Positions 46,807 to 56,733 of a DNA stretch of 64,000 nt are shown here, one piece after another. Source of the DNA: Candidatus Latescibacterota bacterium. Its GTDB lineage: Bacteria > Latescibacterota > UBA2968 > UBA8231. Within the stretch, counting starts at the first letter, position 1. Each line of letters begins with the position of its first letter. The notes under the pieces are model-generated. The model saw only the letters and a list, made by a program, of their open reading frames with translations, was not told the DNA's origin and did no database searches. Location of the stretch: contig OZ244561.1 in the NCBI GenBank assembly GCA_965217585.1, forward strand, positions 1,920,001-1,984,000. The letters run 5' to 3'. The translations under genes and the position numbers were made by a program.

Positions 46807-47898
46807 ATGGGAACACAACTCATTCTTACAATTGGAACTAATCCACTACCAGTGTGGGTGGCGTGGCATCATTTGAAAGAGAAACTGCAAGAACCGATCA
46901 AGGTTCGATTTGTGCATACTGCAGGCACGGTGGACGAAACAGACCGACTACAGAAGTATTGTCAAGGTGCGTCTCTCCTTGATCCCATTCAAACGTCGGC
47001 GGGTAATCCAGGGACTGTACGCGGTGATATCAGGCATATATTAAAAGATTTATCAGCTGAGACAACTGATCTTCACGTCCACTACACCGGCGGCACTAAG
47101 GTGATGGGCGTTGAAACGGTTTCCGCTATTGAAGCCCACCTACGAGCGGAGCAGAACATTCGCCTACAAACCTCCTATCTTGATCCACGTGGCGCATCAG
47201 GCCCGATTATCGTAAGTCGGAGCGGTCCTCTCGTAGAGGATACCCGTCGGGGAATTGATCCTTGTCTTAGTCGCATCGCCGAACTCGACGGCTTTACGAT
47301 TGGACCATTTGAATACCGATACTGGGATAGCTCAATTAAAGACCATAAGGTGCAAGAATGCTCGGCCCCCGGAACACCTAGTCAAGATCAACTGGACGAG
47401 GGCCGAGAGGCACTTAAGGCCAGACGTATCGATGATCCCGATCTTCTCGAGTACGGCGCGTATGCTGCCTTTGAGGAAGCTCTGGAGAGAATTTCCGCGA
47501 GCAATTTGGATCGAAAAAACTATGAAATTTTTCACAGAGTGTACGTCCGGCGGGCTGGGAAAAAAGACCCGAATGTTAAGCCTTTTGAACTCGATGTAGT
47601 TGCGGTGCTGGGGTATCAAATTGTCGTTGTTTCGTGTACCGTTGATTCTGTTCACGACCGAATCAAACAAAAAGGTATGGAGGCTATTCTACGGGCACGG
47701 CAACTCGGTGGTGATGAAGCGCGGGCCATTGTTTTTTGTAGCGCTCACCCGAATGACGCTAAACTCATCGAAGATGAGCTAATGGATGAAATGGGTAGTG
47801 CAAGTGAGCCCCTGCAAGTCTGGGGACGTAATAAGAAGAGAGGGCTACCCGGTGAGTTTTATCGATACCTGCGCAATGACCTGCATTGGATGTTATAA
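46807..47898 (+). CDS. CARF plus PD-(D/E)XK nuclease effector (Can2/Card1-like)
   Basis: LTIGTNPLP, HYTGGTKVM, FELDVVAVLGYQIVVVSCT, EAILRARQLGGDEAR. Confidence 0.8.
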   Translation: MGTQLILTIGTNPLPVWVAWHHLKEKLQEPIKVRFVHTAGTVDETDRLQKYCQGASLLDPIQTSAGNPGTVRGDIRHILKDLSAETTDLHVHYTGGTKVMGVETVSAIEAHLRAEQNIRLQTSYLDPRGASGPIIVSRSGPLVEDTRRGIDPCLSRIAELDGFTIGPFEYRYWDSSIKDHKVQECSAPGTPSQDQLDEGREALKARRIDDPDLLEYGAYAAFEEALERISASNLDRKNYEIFHRVYVRRAGKKDPNVKPFELDVVAVLGYQIVVVSCTVDSVHDRIKQKGMEAILRARQLGGDEARAIVFCSAHPNDAKLIEDELMDEMGSASEPLQVWGRNKKRGLPGEFYRYLRNDLHWML

Positions 47899-47913
47899 GA
47901 TAAGGATATAATT

Positions 47914-49557
47914 ATGTCAACTTCTCTTTATACTGGTCAATGTATCGCGGTCTTCGGTACTGCGAGTCTTCAGCGATACATCTTTCAGAGCAATCGCCTG
48001 AAAGAGAACCTCGGCGCGTCCTATCTGGTAAAATACTGGCTCGAAGATGGCTTGCCTGAGTCTATAAAGCAAGCTGGCCACACAATTGATACGACCACAT
48101 GGGATACGTACCAAGAGAATCCTTCGATGTCTCCACCTGAAAAGCCGGTAGACATGACGAAAAGTGCTAATCTCATCTATGTCGGTGGGGGGAATGCCGC
48201 GCTGTTATGCAAAACCCAAGAGATTGCTAAAGATGCTGTCAAATCATGGAGCTGCGAGCTACTCAAAAAAGCTCCTGGACTCCGGGTGGCCGTTGGATAT
48301 GCAGATGTTGAGAACTCTCTGGCTGTGGCATATAGAGACGCATTGGATGATCTCGCCAGTTGCGAGGAGGCACTGCCTTTTGGAGACACCCTGTACGGCT
48401 TACCCGTTGTTCGCACCTGTACCACGACGGGACTCCCAGCAAGCGTGCCCAGCGAGGAAAACAATGCGGAGTGGATATCACTGTCTGCGATGAGCAAGCG
48501 GAATCAAGTCGGCTCCGAACGCGAGCCCGGTGTTGCCCAAAAGGATATCAGGCGGAAATTCAAACCAGTTCTAAAAGAAGACCAATACTTTGCCATAGAA
48601 CTTAACAAATTAGGAGGCCGTAAAGGAGAATCGCATATCGCTGTAGTACATGCCGACGGCAATGGAATGGGCAAACATCTCATAGATGTAGTAAACAGTG
48701 CAGGAGAAGATGCGGACTTCCTCCATCACATCCGGGCGTTTTCTGCCTCTGTGTCGCTTCTGTCCCAGAATGCCCTAAAGGAGACTTTGCAATATCTACG
48801 AGAAGCTTTGCCGAGTCTGAAAGATGATTTGTCGCTGGAAGATGAAAAAATCTTTCCTCTGCGTCCCATCGTGTATGGCGGCGATGATTTGACGTTTGTC
48901 TGCGATGGTCGCTTGGGGCTCGATCTGGCTGCCTTCTATTTGAAGGAGTTTTCCAAGGGCACGATCAATGTCTGCGGTGAGGACAAGCCCGTTGATGCAT
49001 GTGCTGGGGTAGCCATTGTGCCTACGAAATTTCCCTTTGCTCGCGCGTATCATTTTGCCGAAGAACTATGCGGATTGACCAAGTCACACCTTCGCCAAGA
49101 GAATTTAACCGGCAGTTGGCTGGATTTTCAGATCATTCAGGAAGGTTCCACTCGTTCCGTTTCCGCACTCAGAGCCACACAGTATCGCAGCCTCGAAGGG
49201 CAAACGCTCCATCAGCGCCCGTATCAGGTGCCAGAAAAATGGGACGATTTTGTCTCGATTTTGAATAAATTCCAATCCCAACAATGGCCCCGCAGCCGCG
49301 CCAAAGGTCTTTTGCAGGCTCTAACTCAAGGACCGGTCGCAACCCAACGATTTATTGAAGGCACACAATGGCGTGATATAAATTTGCCATACATAGAGGG
49401 CTTGGATGCGAATGCACAAAAAATGGGTTGGACGGGTGGGGATTCCTCGAATAGCAGCACGCCGTATTTCGACCCGCTCGAAGCACTTGATTTCTATTTA
49501 GAAGTGAAGCCAGCAACAGATGGTGAGAGTGCAGGGAAGGAGATAACGAATGACTGA
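47914..49557 (+). CDS. cas10: Cas10, type III-D form (no HD domain, intact GGDD)
   Basis: QRYIFQSNRLKENLGAS, YVGGGNA, VVHADGNGMG, VYGGDDLTFV, PF..AY..AE.L. Confidence 0.93.
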   Translation: MSTSLYTGQCIAVFGTASLQRYIFQSNRLKENLGASYLVKYWLEDGLPESIKQAGHTIDTTTWDTYQENPSMSPPEKPVDMTKSANLIYVGGGNAALLCKTQEIAKDAVKSWSCELLKKAPGLRVAVGYADVENSLAVAYRDALDDLASCEEALPFGDTLYGLPVVRTCTTTGLPASVPSEENNAEWISLSAMSKRNQVGSEREPGVAQKDIRRKFKPVLKEDQYFAIELNKLGGRKGESHIAVVHADGNGMGKHLIDVVNSAGEDADFLHHIRAFSASVSLLSQNALKETLQYLREALPSLKDDLSLEDEKIFPLRPIVYGGDDLTFVCDGRLGLDLAAFYLKEFSKGTINVCGEDKPVDACAGVAIVPTKFPFARAYHFAEELCGLTKSHLRQENLTGSWLDFQIIQEGSTRSVSALRATQYRSLEGQTLHQRPYQVPEKWDDFVSILNKFQSQQWPRSRAKGLLQALTQGPVATQRFIEGTQWRDINLPYIEGLDANAQKMGWTGGDSSNSSTPYFDPLEALDFYLEVKPATDGESAGKEITND

Positions 49558-51955
49558 GTATGTTTTACAGATCAAGCTGCAATCGCCGCTAACCTCTGCC
49601 GCTGGTGAGGGACGTGTAGGTGTGGTTGACCGCGACGTAGCCTTTGACGATCTGGGGTTACCCATTCTTCCCGGTAGGCGACTCAAAGGGCTGTGGCGCG
49701 AAGCCTATCGCGATGTTGCCGATGCGTGGGAGTTGTGCGGTGAATCTCCAATACCAGTAGAGCTTATTTTCGGCAAGTCAGGACAGAGATCCGGCGCTGG
49801 GGATGCTTGCATGTTTATTGCCAATGCAGAGTTGCAAGAGACGCCGTCTTTAAGAGAATGGTTGAAATATTTACAAAATAAAAAACAACTTCATCCTGAC
49901 GATGTGGTGCAACACTTTGCCACTGTGCGCGCCCAGACCGCAATCGACCGCAGGACTGGCGCAGCACTTAAGAATACGCTCCGCCTCACCCGTACCTTAA
50001 AAGCTGGCCTAGTATTTCAGGCACGAGTGCGCTTCTTTGAGTCTCCAGACGACGTGCTGCTCAATGCTCTATCTCTGGGGACTGCGGCTCTGCAACACAT
50101 GGGAACGGCGCGAACCCGCGGTCTCGGAAAGATCTCCTGTCGTTTGCTGGCACACGATGAGAACGGGCAATGCCGAGACTTGACAGACGAAGCCCTGAGC
50201 AACGACGCGCTTCCATCAATTGCCGAAACCAATCTGGCGCAACAAGCACAAACTTCAAAGGGGCAGACGACTACTGCACCCCCCTCAAGTCACCTGGTTC
50301 CCACGCATTTGTTGCGCTATCGGATCACGTTGACAACTCCAGTAGTTATCCCAATGGCGGATGGTGACCCGAATACGGTTATGACCCGGCAGGACGTACC
50401 CGGAAGCAATATATGGGGAGCTGCTGCTTGGCACTATCTTAGCCAATCGAATCGCACTCCTGAAGATGATGAGTTTCGCCACGCCTTCCTCGATGGAGGC
50501 TTGCGGTTCTTGACTGCTTACTTGGAAGCGGACGACTCCGAGGCATCCAATGAAATACCGCAACGCATGATCCCCATTCCCCACTCCATCCGCAAGTTCA
50601 AGGAGGGCGAAGAACCGGTTGATTTTGTGGAACCATCGCCAAGAGGGGAGCCAACAAAGCGCCTCGACCGCAGCTATGCCAGAATCAGTGAAGGGAGTTT
50701 GGAGACGCAGGCTGTCAAGACGGAGTTGAACTACCACCACGCCCGTGCCAAAAACCGCCGCATAGGCCGTGCTCTTGGTGCGGAGGCCACAGAAGGCGCA
50801 GATAGCGGTGCCCTCTTTACGTATGAAGCTATCCAGGCTGGACAGTCGTTTCAAGGTGCTGTCCTAGGTTCTGAGGACGATCTGAAAAATCTGAAAAATT
50901 GGTTACAAGAGGGAGAACTAAGAATCGGAAGGTCTCGCAGCGCGCAGTACGGCGAGGCGGAATTTGAATGGCTTGATGATGCGCCACAGGAATTGAATGG
51001 GCGCGTTGAGTGGGACGGATTCGTTGAGCAGCAGATACATGATGTCCCCGATCCTAGCAACCATCTGATCATTACCACCTTATCCTCTTTGTTGACTGTC
51101 AACGATTACGGACACCCGGACGCGCATTTCCCAAAGGGCGAATTAGCCGAAGCCTTGGGCCTAGAGGCTTCGGAACTAAAACTATGCAGTAGTTATACCC
51201 GCACTGAGGTGATTGGAGGATATAATTCCCATCTGCGCCTGCCTCGGCAGCAATGGCCTGCTATCACCCCCGGTAGTGTTTTTGTGTTTAAGGCTGAGAA
51301 AACTCTCGATCAGGAGTGTCTCTTGAAATTAGAGCACAATGGCCTGGGACTACGTAAGGGAGAGGGGTATGGCCGCATTGCGGTCAATCGACAGGGCAAT
51401 CTCCAGTTGTGGGAAGAAACCCGACTCGACGATCCCGAGAGCCAACATCCTCCCATCGGTCCCGATGCCTCTGAGGTCCCTGAGGCTATTCAAAACATTC
51501 TACTGGATGTGGTGAGATCGCGTTGCCTAGCGGATATGCAACAGCGTGCTATGACCTGCGCTGAGCGGACACAGAAGGTCCCGAGCAATGCCCTTCTCGG
51601 ACGGCTGCGTTTGTTTTTTCAACAAAAGTCTCCTGCCGAAAGTTTGGAGAAGCTACGCGATCCTGCAAAGGAGCAGCTAACGAACTATCAGGTTGACATG
51701 CGTGATGTCGGCCTGCTGAATTTGCCGACCCGAATGACTCTGTATGACTTGTTCAAAAAGGCCTGGACTGAAAAAGAGTCCTTAACTCGGGAATTGATTG
51801 AACGTCGTGTCGAAGATATTGTCGAAGACCGATACGCCGATATGCGCCAAACCATGATTGACAAACTGGTCTCGGATGACAGCGCGAAGATGTGTACAGT
51901 ATTTCTCGATCATCTGCTTACAGCACTGCGCCGTAATAAGTCAAGGGATAAATAA
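49550..51955 (+). CDS. Cas7-Cas5(-Cas11) fusion RAMP (Csx10-like)
   Basis: D..GLPILPGRRLKG, TAIDR.TG, G..RTRGLG; PGS.IWGA, IGRSRSAQYG, PGSVFVF, GLG.R..EGYG; helical C-terminus. Confidence 0.85.
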   Translation: MTEYVLQIKLQSPLTSAAGEGRVGVVDRDVAFDDLGLPILPGRRLKGLWREAYRDVADAWELCGESPIPVELIFGKSGQRSGAGDACMFIANAELQETPSLREWLKYLQNKKQLHPDDVVQHFATVRAQTAIDRRTGAALKNTLRLTRTLKAGLVFQARVRFFESPDDVLLNALSLGTAALQHMGTARTRGLGKISCRLLAHDENGQCRDLTDEALSNDALPSIAETNLAQQAQTSKGQTTTAPPSSHLVPTHLLRYRITLTTPVVIPMADGDPNTVMTRQDVPGSNIWGAAAWHYLSQSNRTPEDDEFRHAFLDGGLRFLTAYLEADDSEASNEIPQRMIPIPHSIRKFKEGEEPVDFVEPSPRGEPTKRLDRSYARISEGSLETQAVKTELNYHHARAKNRRIGRALGAEATEGADSGALFTYEAIQAGQSFQGAVLGSEDDLKNLKNWLQEGELRIGRSRSAQYGEAEFEWLDDAPQELNGRVEWDGFVEQQIHDVPDPSNHLIITTLSSLLTVNDYGHPDAHFPKGELAEALGLEASELKLCSSYTRTEVIGGYNSHLRLPRQQWPAITPGSVFVFKAEKTLDQECLLKLEHNGLGLRKGEGYGRIAVNRQGNLQLWEETRLDDPESQHPPIGPDASEVPEAIQNILLDVVRSRCLADMQQRAMTCAERTQKVPSNALLGRLRLFFQQKSPAESLEKLRDPAKEQLTNYQVDMRDVGLLNLPTRMTLYDLFKKAWTEKESLTRELIERRVEDIVEDRYADMRQTMIDKLVSDDSAKMCTVFLDHLLTALRRNKSRDK

Positions 51956-51966
51956 GGACTAATAGC

Positions 51967-53456
51967 ATGGCAAATGTGAAGACAGAAACATCTGAAGCTA
52001 AGGATGCCATTGTGCGCCGTCTATATGCTCAAGGCCGATGGAAGCTGGACAGTGTAGCACACTTTGGTGGCGACGAAACCGGCATAGCGGATATGTGCCT
52101 CCTGCGGGATGCAGATGATAGTCCCTTTATTCCGGCCGCATCTATCGCTGGCGCGGCGCGGAGTTTTCTGGCCCAGCAGAGTTTACCCTGGGCAGAGTAT
52201 CGGGCGGACTTACCGAAGAACCGATAGGACTCAAGCGGTTCTTCGGAGGAGGAGATAAACCCGACACAAATAAACCCGGTACTGGTACCATGAGTGCCTT
52301 GATCGTTGCCGATGCTGCCTGTGTCAGTGAGCAGGCAACGACAGCAATCCGCGATGGCGTACGCGTGGATGCCTGCTCGGGTTCTGCCGCTGAGGGGAAA
52401 AAATTCGATGTGGAAGTTGTCGAACGCGGGACCGAATTTGAGTTGTGTCTGGAATGCGTTATTCGTGATGGAGACGACAACAGTGAATTGGAAAGGTTGT
52501 TCTTAGCCCTATTGCATGGGTTCCAAGCAGGCGATATCCGATTGGGCGCACGTACCCGCCGGGGCTATGGACGCGGCAAGGTCGCGTCCTGGGAGATACG
52601 CAATTTGCAGATGAACGATCCAGAGGATGTCATGGCCTGGCTACGCGATAGGGTCTGGTGTCGTCCCGCGAGTAATTTGACGCCCCATCCATTGCCATCC
52701 GACCAACGACAATACTTTCGCCTTGAAGCGGATTTTATCCTGCGAACATCCCTGTTAATCCGCAGTTCACCCTCTGATCCAGAAGCTCCAGACATGGTTC
52801 ATCTACACTCTGCTGGAGAGCCTGTCGTCCCCGGCACATCCTTTGCCGGTGCATTCCGACATCGTGCTTCTCTGATCGCGGACACGATTGATTGGCCCAA
52901 GGACGCGGTGAGTGAACTATTCGGCCCTGTCCATGAAAAAGAAGCCAAAGATTCGCAAGAAGGTTTGTGGGCAAGCCGGGTATGGATTGAGGAACGTCTG
53001 GTGAAAAATGTGGAATCGCGGTGGCAGAATCGCGTTGCCATTGATCGGTTTACCGGGGGCAGCTTGCAGAGTGCCTTGTTTAACGAAAAACCGGTTTTCC
53101 CGCAAGAATCTACGTCGCACCTCAAGTTAAGACTGACGTTAGAAGAGCCGGACGACGCGGAAATCGGCTTGTTGTTCTTAACCCTGCGCGACTTCTGGCA
53201 TGGACATGCTGCCCTAGGCGGAGAAACGAGCAACGGACGCGGCACTCTCCAAGGCGTCAAAGCTGGGTTGCAACTGAAGCGGCGCGAATCGTCAGAGGCT
53301 GAGTGGGAGTTTTCGCAGGTTGACAGCGGCATGACTCTTGTCGGATGTAGTGGTGATGCTTCATTCCTCAAATGTTGTGTCGAAAAAGCCCAATCCCCTC
53401 CTGATCGTCCCGATGGATCACGGCGACCCGAAGAAAAGAGGCCCACCGATGCCTAA
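51967..53456 (+). pseudogene. Cas7-Cas7 tandem RAMP, interrupted by an apparent 1-nt frameshift near 52170-52224
   Basis: Frame 1 gives HFGG...D..LLRD...PFIPAAS.AGA.R then TAG 52225. Frame 3 continues EEPIGLKRFFG...MSALIVAD..RDGV..D, G.RTRRGYG and a second Cas7 (PGTS.AGA, AIDRFTGG). Confidence 0.8.
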
Positions 53457-54009
53457 CGAAACGCATATAGAACTCAGTGAAGCCTTGATCTGTTCACATC
53501 TGTCCCATGTGACTACTGATCCAACGGCGTGGATCTTGTTACAGGAGCCCGGCTTTATCGGCTTTGGTGTGGTGCAATCGGATAAAATCTACTGGCCTCC
53601 AGACGTGCAACCGGATTGGGCACGGGTCAGCGACCTTCGTTTATTCGGCGAGGATGGCGAATGGCATGTCTGGCCTCATTGGGATGGAACTTGGCAGAGC
53701 CGTAGGCTGGAATTGCAAAAATTGACCGATACTCTGACGGAGCACCATGCCTTGTGGGGGACCCAAGTGGAAGAACCCGGACCACCGCCTTGGATAAAGT
53801 TGACAGAAGATCGCGGGGCGGAGATTTGGCTGCCGCTGGCAGAATTGGAATTGACAAAAGGGGACTTGCCGCTGCGCCTAGAACTCAAACAGGTGATCGA
53901 CTATGATGACAAAAGCGGCCTAGCTGGTATCGTCGATGCCGGCTTGGTGGCTCTGGTTCGCAGAAGTGGTGAAAAGATAGGAATACCTAGGGCGGTTGCC
54001 CAAAGCTAA
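53449..54009 (+). CDS. csx19: Csx19-like type III-D subunit
   Basis: DLRLFG..GEWHVW, LWGT, IDYD..G; position after cas7-cas7; ATG overlaps the previous stop. Confidence 0.7.
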   Translation: MPNETHIELSEALICSHLSHVTTDPTAWILLQEPGFIGFGVVQSDKIYWPPDVQPDWARVSDLRLFGEDGEWHVWPHWDGTWQSRRLELQKLTDTLTEHHALWGTQVEEPGPPPWIKLTEDRGAEIWLPLAELELTKGDLPLRLELKQVIDYDDKSGLAGIVDAGLVALVRRSGEKIGIPRAVAQS

Positions 54010-54012
54010 TTC

Positions 54013-55044
54013 ATGCCTACCCTGTACGTCACAGAACCCAGATCGGTCGTCCGGCGTTCGGTCGGCTCCGTCGTGGTAACGCTCAACGAAGACCCCGACG
54101 GGCCGGGGCCGCTGCCCGAACGCCAGCGACGCTTGCTCGAAGTCGAGCCGCATCGGCTGGAACTGATCGCCTTGGTAGGTCGCGTTCACATTACCGCCGA
54201 TGCGCTCCAACTCTGCTTGGAGCAGGGCATTGCGGTCGCTTGGTTGCGGGCGAATGGGAACTTTATGGGCCGCCTTGTGCCGGAGTTGTCGCGCACGGCA
54301 GATCTGCGGTTGGCGCAATTTCGCATGGCCGACGACGAGCCGCAGGCGCTTGCACTGGCTCAGACCTTTGTCGCAGCCAAGCTCCACAATGCGGTTGGTC
54401 TGCTAACGGCTTTGCGATCCAACCGCCGCGCTCAACCCGCTTTGGGGCGGGCCATCGGCGAACTCAAGGCCATGGCCGATACCGTATCGAAAGCGACTAG
54501 CCGGGAGGTGCTGCTGGGCTTTGAGGGTGATGCGGCCCGCCGCTACTTTGCTGGGCTACGGCTCGGTTTCACTGGGGCGATTGGCTTTGCCGGCCGCGCT
54601 CGTCGGCCACCGCCGGACCCGGCCAATGCCTTGCTGTCGTTTGGCTATGTGTTGCTGGCTAATGTCTTAGCGAGTTTGCTGGAGGCCTGCGGCTTCGATC
54701 CCTACCTCGGCTTTATGCACACGGTCCGCTCTGGTCGGCCCAGCTTGGCACTCGACCTTTTGGAGGAATTGCGGCATCCGGTCGTAGATCGCTTTGTGCT
54801 GCGGGTGTGCAATCGGGGACAATTGCGTCCCGAGCATTTTGAGGCTGATGACGAGCGGGGTGGTGTGCGCCTTACGCGTGCGGGGATGCGGATTTTCTTT
54901 CGCACTTGGGAAGCCTTTATGGACGCCCCGCTGCCGGGGATTGGAGAAGAGATGTCACCAGAAGAATTGCTTCGCCGTCAGGTTGATCGTCTAGCGGCCC
55001 ACGTGCGAGATCGTGCACCGTACCAACCCTTGCTTCTACGCTGA
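54013..55044 (+). CDS. cas1: CRISPR-associated integrase Cas1
   Basis: TLYVTE, LLG.EG.AAR.YF, R.RRPP.DPANALLSFGY, DPYLGF.H, SLALDL.EE.R.P.VDR. Confidence 0.95.
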   Translation: MPTLYVTEPRSVVRRSVGSVVVTLNEDPDGPGPLPERQRRLLEVEPHRLELIALVGRVHITADALQLCLEQGIAVAWLRANGNFMGRLVPELSRTADLRLAQFRMADDEPQALALAQTFVAAKLHNAVGLLTALRSNRRAQPALGRAIGELKAMADTVSKATSREVLLGFEGDAARRYFAGLRLGFTGAIGFAGRARRPPPDPANALLSFGYVLLANVLASLLEACGFDPYLGFMHTVRSGRPSLALDLLEELRHPVVDRFVLRVCNRGQLRPEHFEADDERGGVRLTRAGMRIFFRTWEAFMDAPLPGIGEEMSPEELLRRQVDRLAAHVRDRAPYQPLLLR

Positions 55045-55056
55045 GGAGGCTTGCCC

Positions 55057-55344
55057 ATGTCCCGCTTTGTTGTGTGCTACGATATAGCCGACAATAAACG
55101 TCGCTACAAGGTAGCCGCCTGCCTAGATGGGTATGGAGACCGCGTACAGGGCAGCGTATTCGAGTTGCGGGTCGAGCGCATCCTTCTCGATCGGTGCTTA
55201 GCCGAGGTATCCGGCCTGATCGATGCGGCTGAGGACAGTGTGGTCGTCTATCGCCTTTGCGCGGCCTGCGAGAAAGAGCGGGTTTATTTGGGTGTGGGCG
55301 AACAGGTTGCCCATATTGGCGAGGAAGATGTATTTATCGCATGA
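55057..55344 (+). CDS. cas2: CRISPR-associated Cas2
   Basis: VVCYDIAD.KRR.KVA..L..YG.RVQ.SVFE...EDSV..Y.LC..C. Confidence 0.95.
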   Translation: MSRFVVCYDIADNKRRYKVAACLDGYGDRVQGSVFELRVERILLDRCLAEVSGLIDAAEDSVVVYRLCAACEKERVYLGVGEQVAHIGEEDVFIA

Positions 55345-55537
55345 ACAGTCGTAACCTCGGATAGCCCGTCTATTGCTCTGGAGTTACGAATTTGGCTAAC
55401 CGATTGAAATTACTGCAATTCGGCATTACCTGCCGGATCGGAGACAGCCGTGATAGGTGTCGTTGGCCGCTCTGGCCATTGGGTTACGAAAAGTGTTCTC
55501 GCAACCTATTGCAAGACAAGGAGAACTATGGCATACG
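55345..55537 (+). promoter_or_regulatory. CRISPR leader
   Basis: Non-coding, between cas2 and repeat 1; TCGTAACC/GTTACGA motifs; TTGCAA-N17-CATACG abutting the first repeat. Confidence 0.75.
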
Positions 55538-56575
55538 GTTTGGAATATTGACCCGATTACTAGGGGATTGAAACCACAAATAGGCCCATCGCGCTCAAGC
55601 AATTCTTCCCATGTTTGGAATATTGACCCGATTACTAGGGGATTGAAACCATCAATTAACTTTTTCTCTTCTTTTGTAAATTCTTCCATAGTTTGGAATA
55701 TTGACCCGATTACTAGGGGATTGAAACAGGGCGAATAGTGCGATTAGGCCGGCGTAGACCCAGCGTGTTGTTTGGAATATTGACCCGATTACTAGGGGAT
55801 TGAAACCTTTCTCAGAATTCCTTCTAGAACATGAATAGCATTGTTTGGAATATTGACCCGATTACTAGGGGATTGAAACTTCTTGGCCTTGCCGCTCGAA
55901 ACGTCGATACTGATAGGAGTTTGGAATATTGACCCGATTACTAGGGGATTGAAACTGCACTATTGCAGCTGCTTCTTGTGAATCGACGTCGATCTGTTTG
56001 GAATATTGACCCGATTACTAGGGGATTGAAACGCCTACAGACCTGTTGTCGAGCGCCCGCTGCATAGTCGAGGTTTGGAATATTGACCCGATTACTAGGG
56101 GATTGAAACCTTATAGTGGCTGGGCGAGTACGGCCGATTAGCGATGATACGTTTGGAATATTGACCCGATTACTAGGGGATTGAAACCCTGGCGTGGCGT
56201 CGGCTTTGTATTTTTTGAGCACGACCATGTTTGGAATATTGACCCGATTACTAGGGGATTGAAACTTACTGACCTGCCTTACCTTGTGTTCAAATCGACA
56301 AGCGTCGTTTGGAATATTGACCCGATTACTAGGGGATTGAAACCAAAACAGGGTTCGGGCTTAGCCGCCCATCCCGCTAGGAGGTTTGGAATATTGACCC
56401 GATTACTAGGGGATTGAAACCCAATGTCTCCGGCTCCTTGGCGATGGACTGGGCGATCCGGTGTTTGGAATATTGACCCGATTACTAGGGGATTGAAACT
56501 TCGGGGCCGTTTACCACAGCCTAAGCCTAGGGTGGAATGTTTGGAATATTGACCCGATTACTAGGGGATTGAAAC
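55538..56575 (+). CRISPR. CRISPR array: 14 identical 37-bp repeats, 13 spacers of 36-42 nt
   Basis: GTTTGGAATATTGACCCGATTACTAGGGGATTGAAAC at 55538, 55613, 55691, 55770, 55843, 55919, 55996, 56073, 56151, 56229, 56307, 56384, 56463, 56539; ATTGAAAC handle. Confidence 0.99.
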
Positions 56576-56733
56576 ATGTAGGCGAGCGAATCGCACACAT
56601 TGAGGGTGCACTTGACCCTAAACACCGAAGGAAGGAGACTTGAGCGAGCAACAGAAACCCACTCCGATCATGGATTATTTCGAGTAGTCGGCGATCACAA
56701 AAAACCTAAGCTCAAACCGCAGAGAGGATCATC

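Noticed and set aside
54013-55044. RT-Cas1 or Cas4-Cas1 fusion
   Set aside because: 343 aa with no YADD or Cas4 Cys cluster.
55426-56417. ORFs with repeated WNIDPITRGLK / FNPLVIGSIFQT
   Set aside because: Translations of CRISPR repeats.
56640-56687. Micro-ORF resembling the start of phage nucleotide-sponge-like proteins (PIM.YF)
   Set aside because: Only 15 codons, and the downstream sequence does not continue the resemblance.
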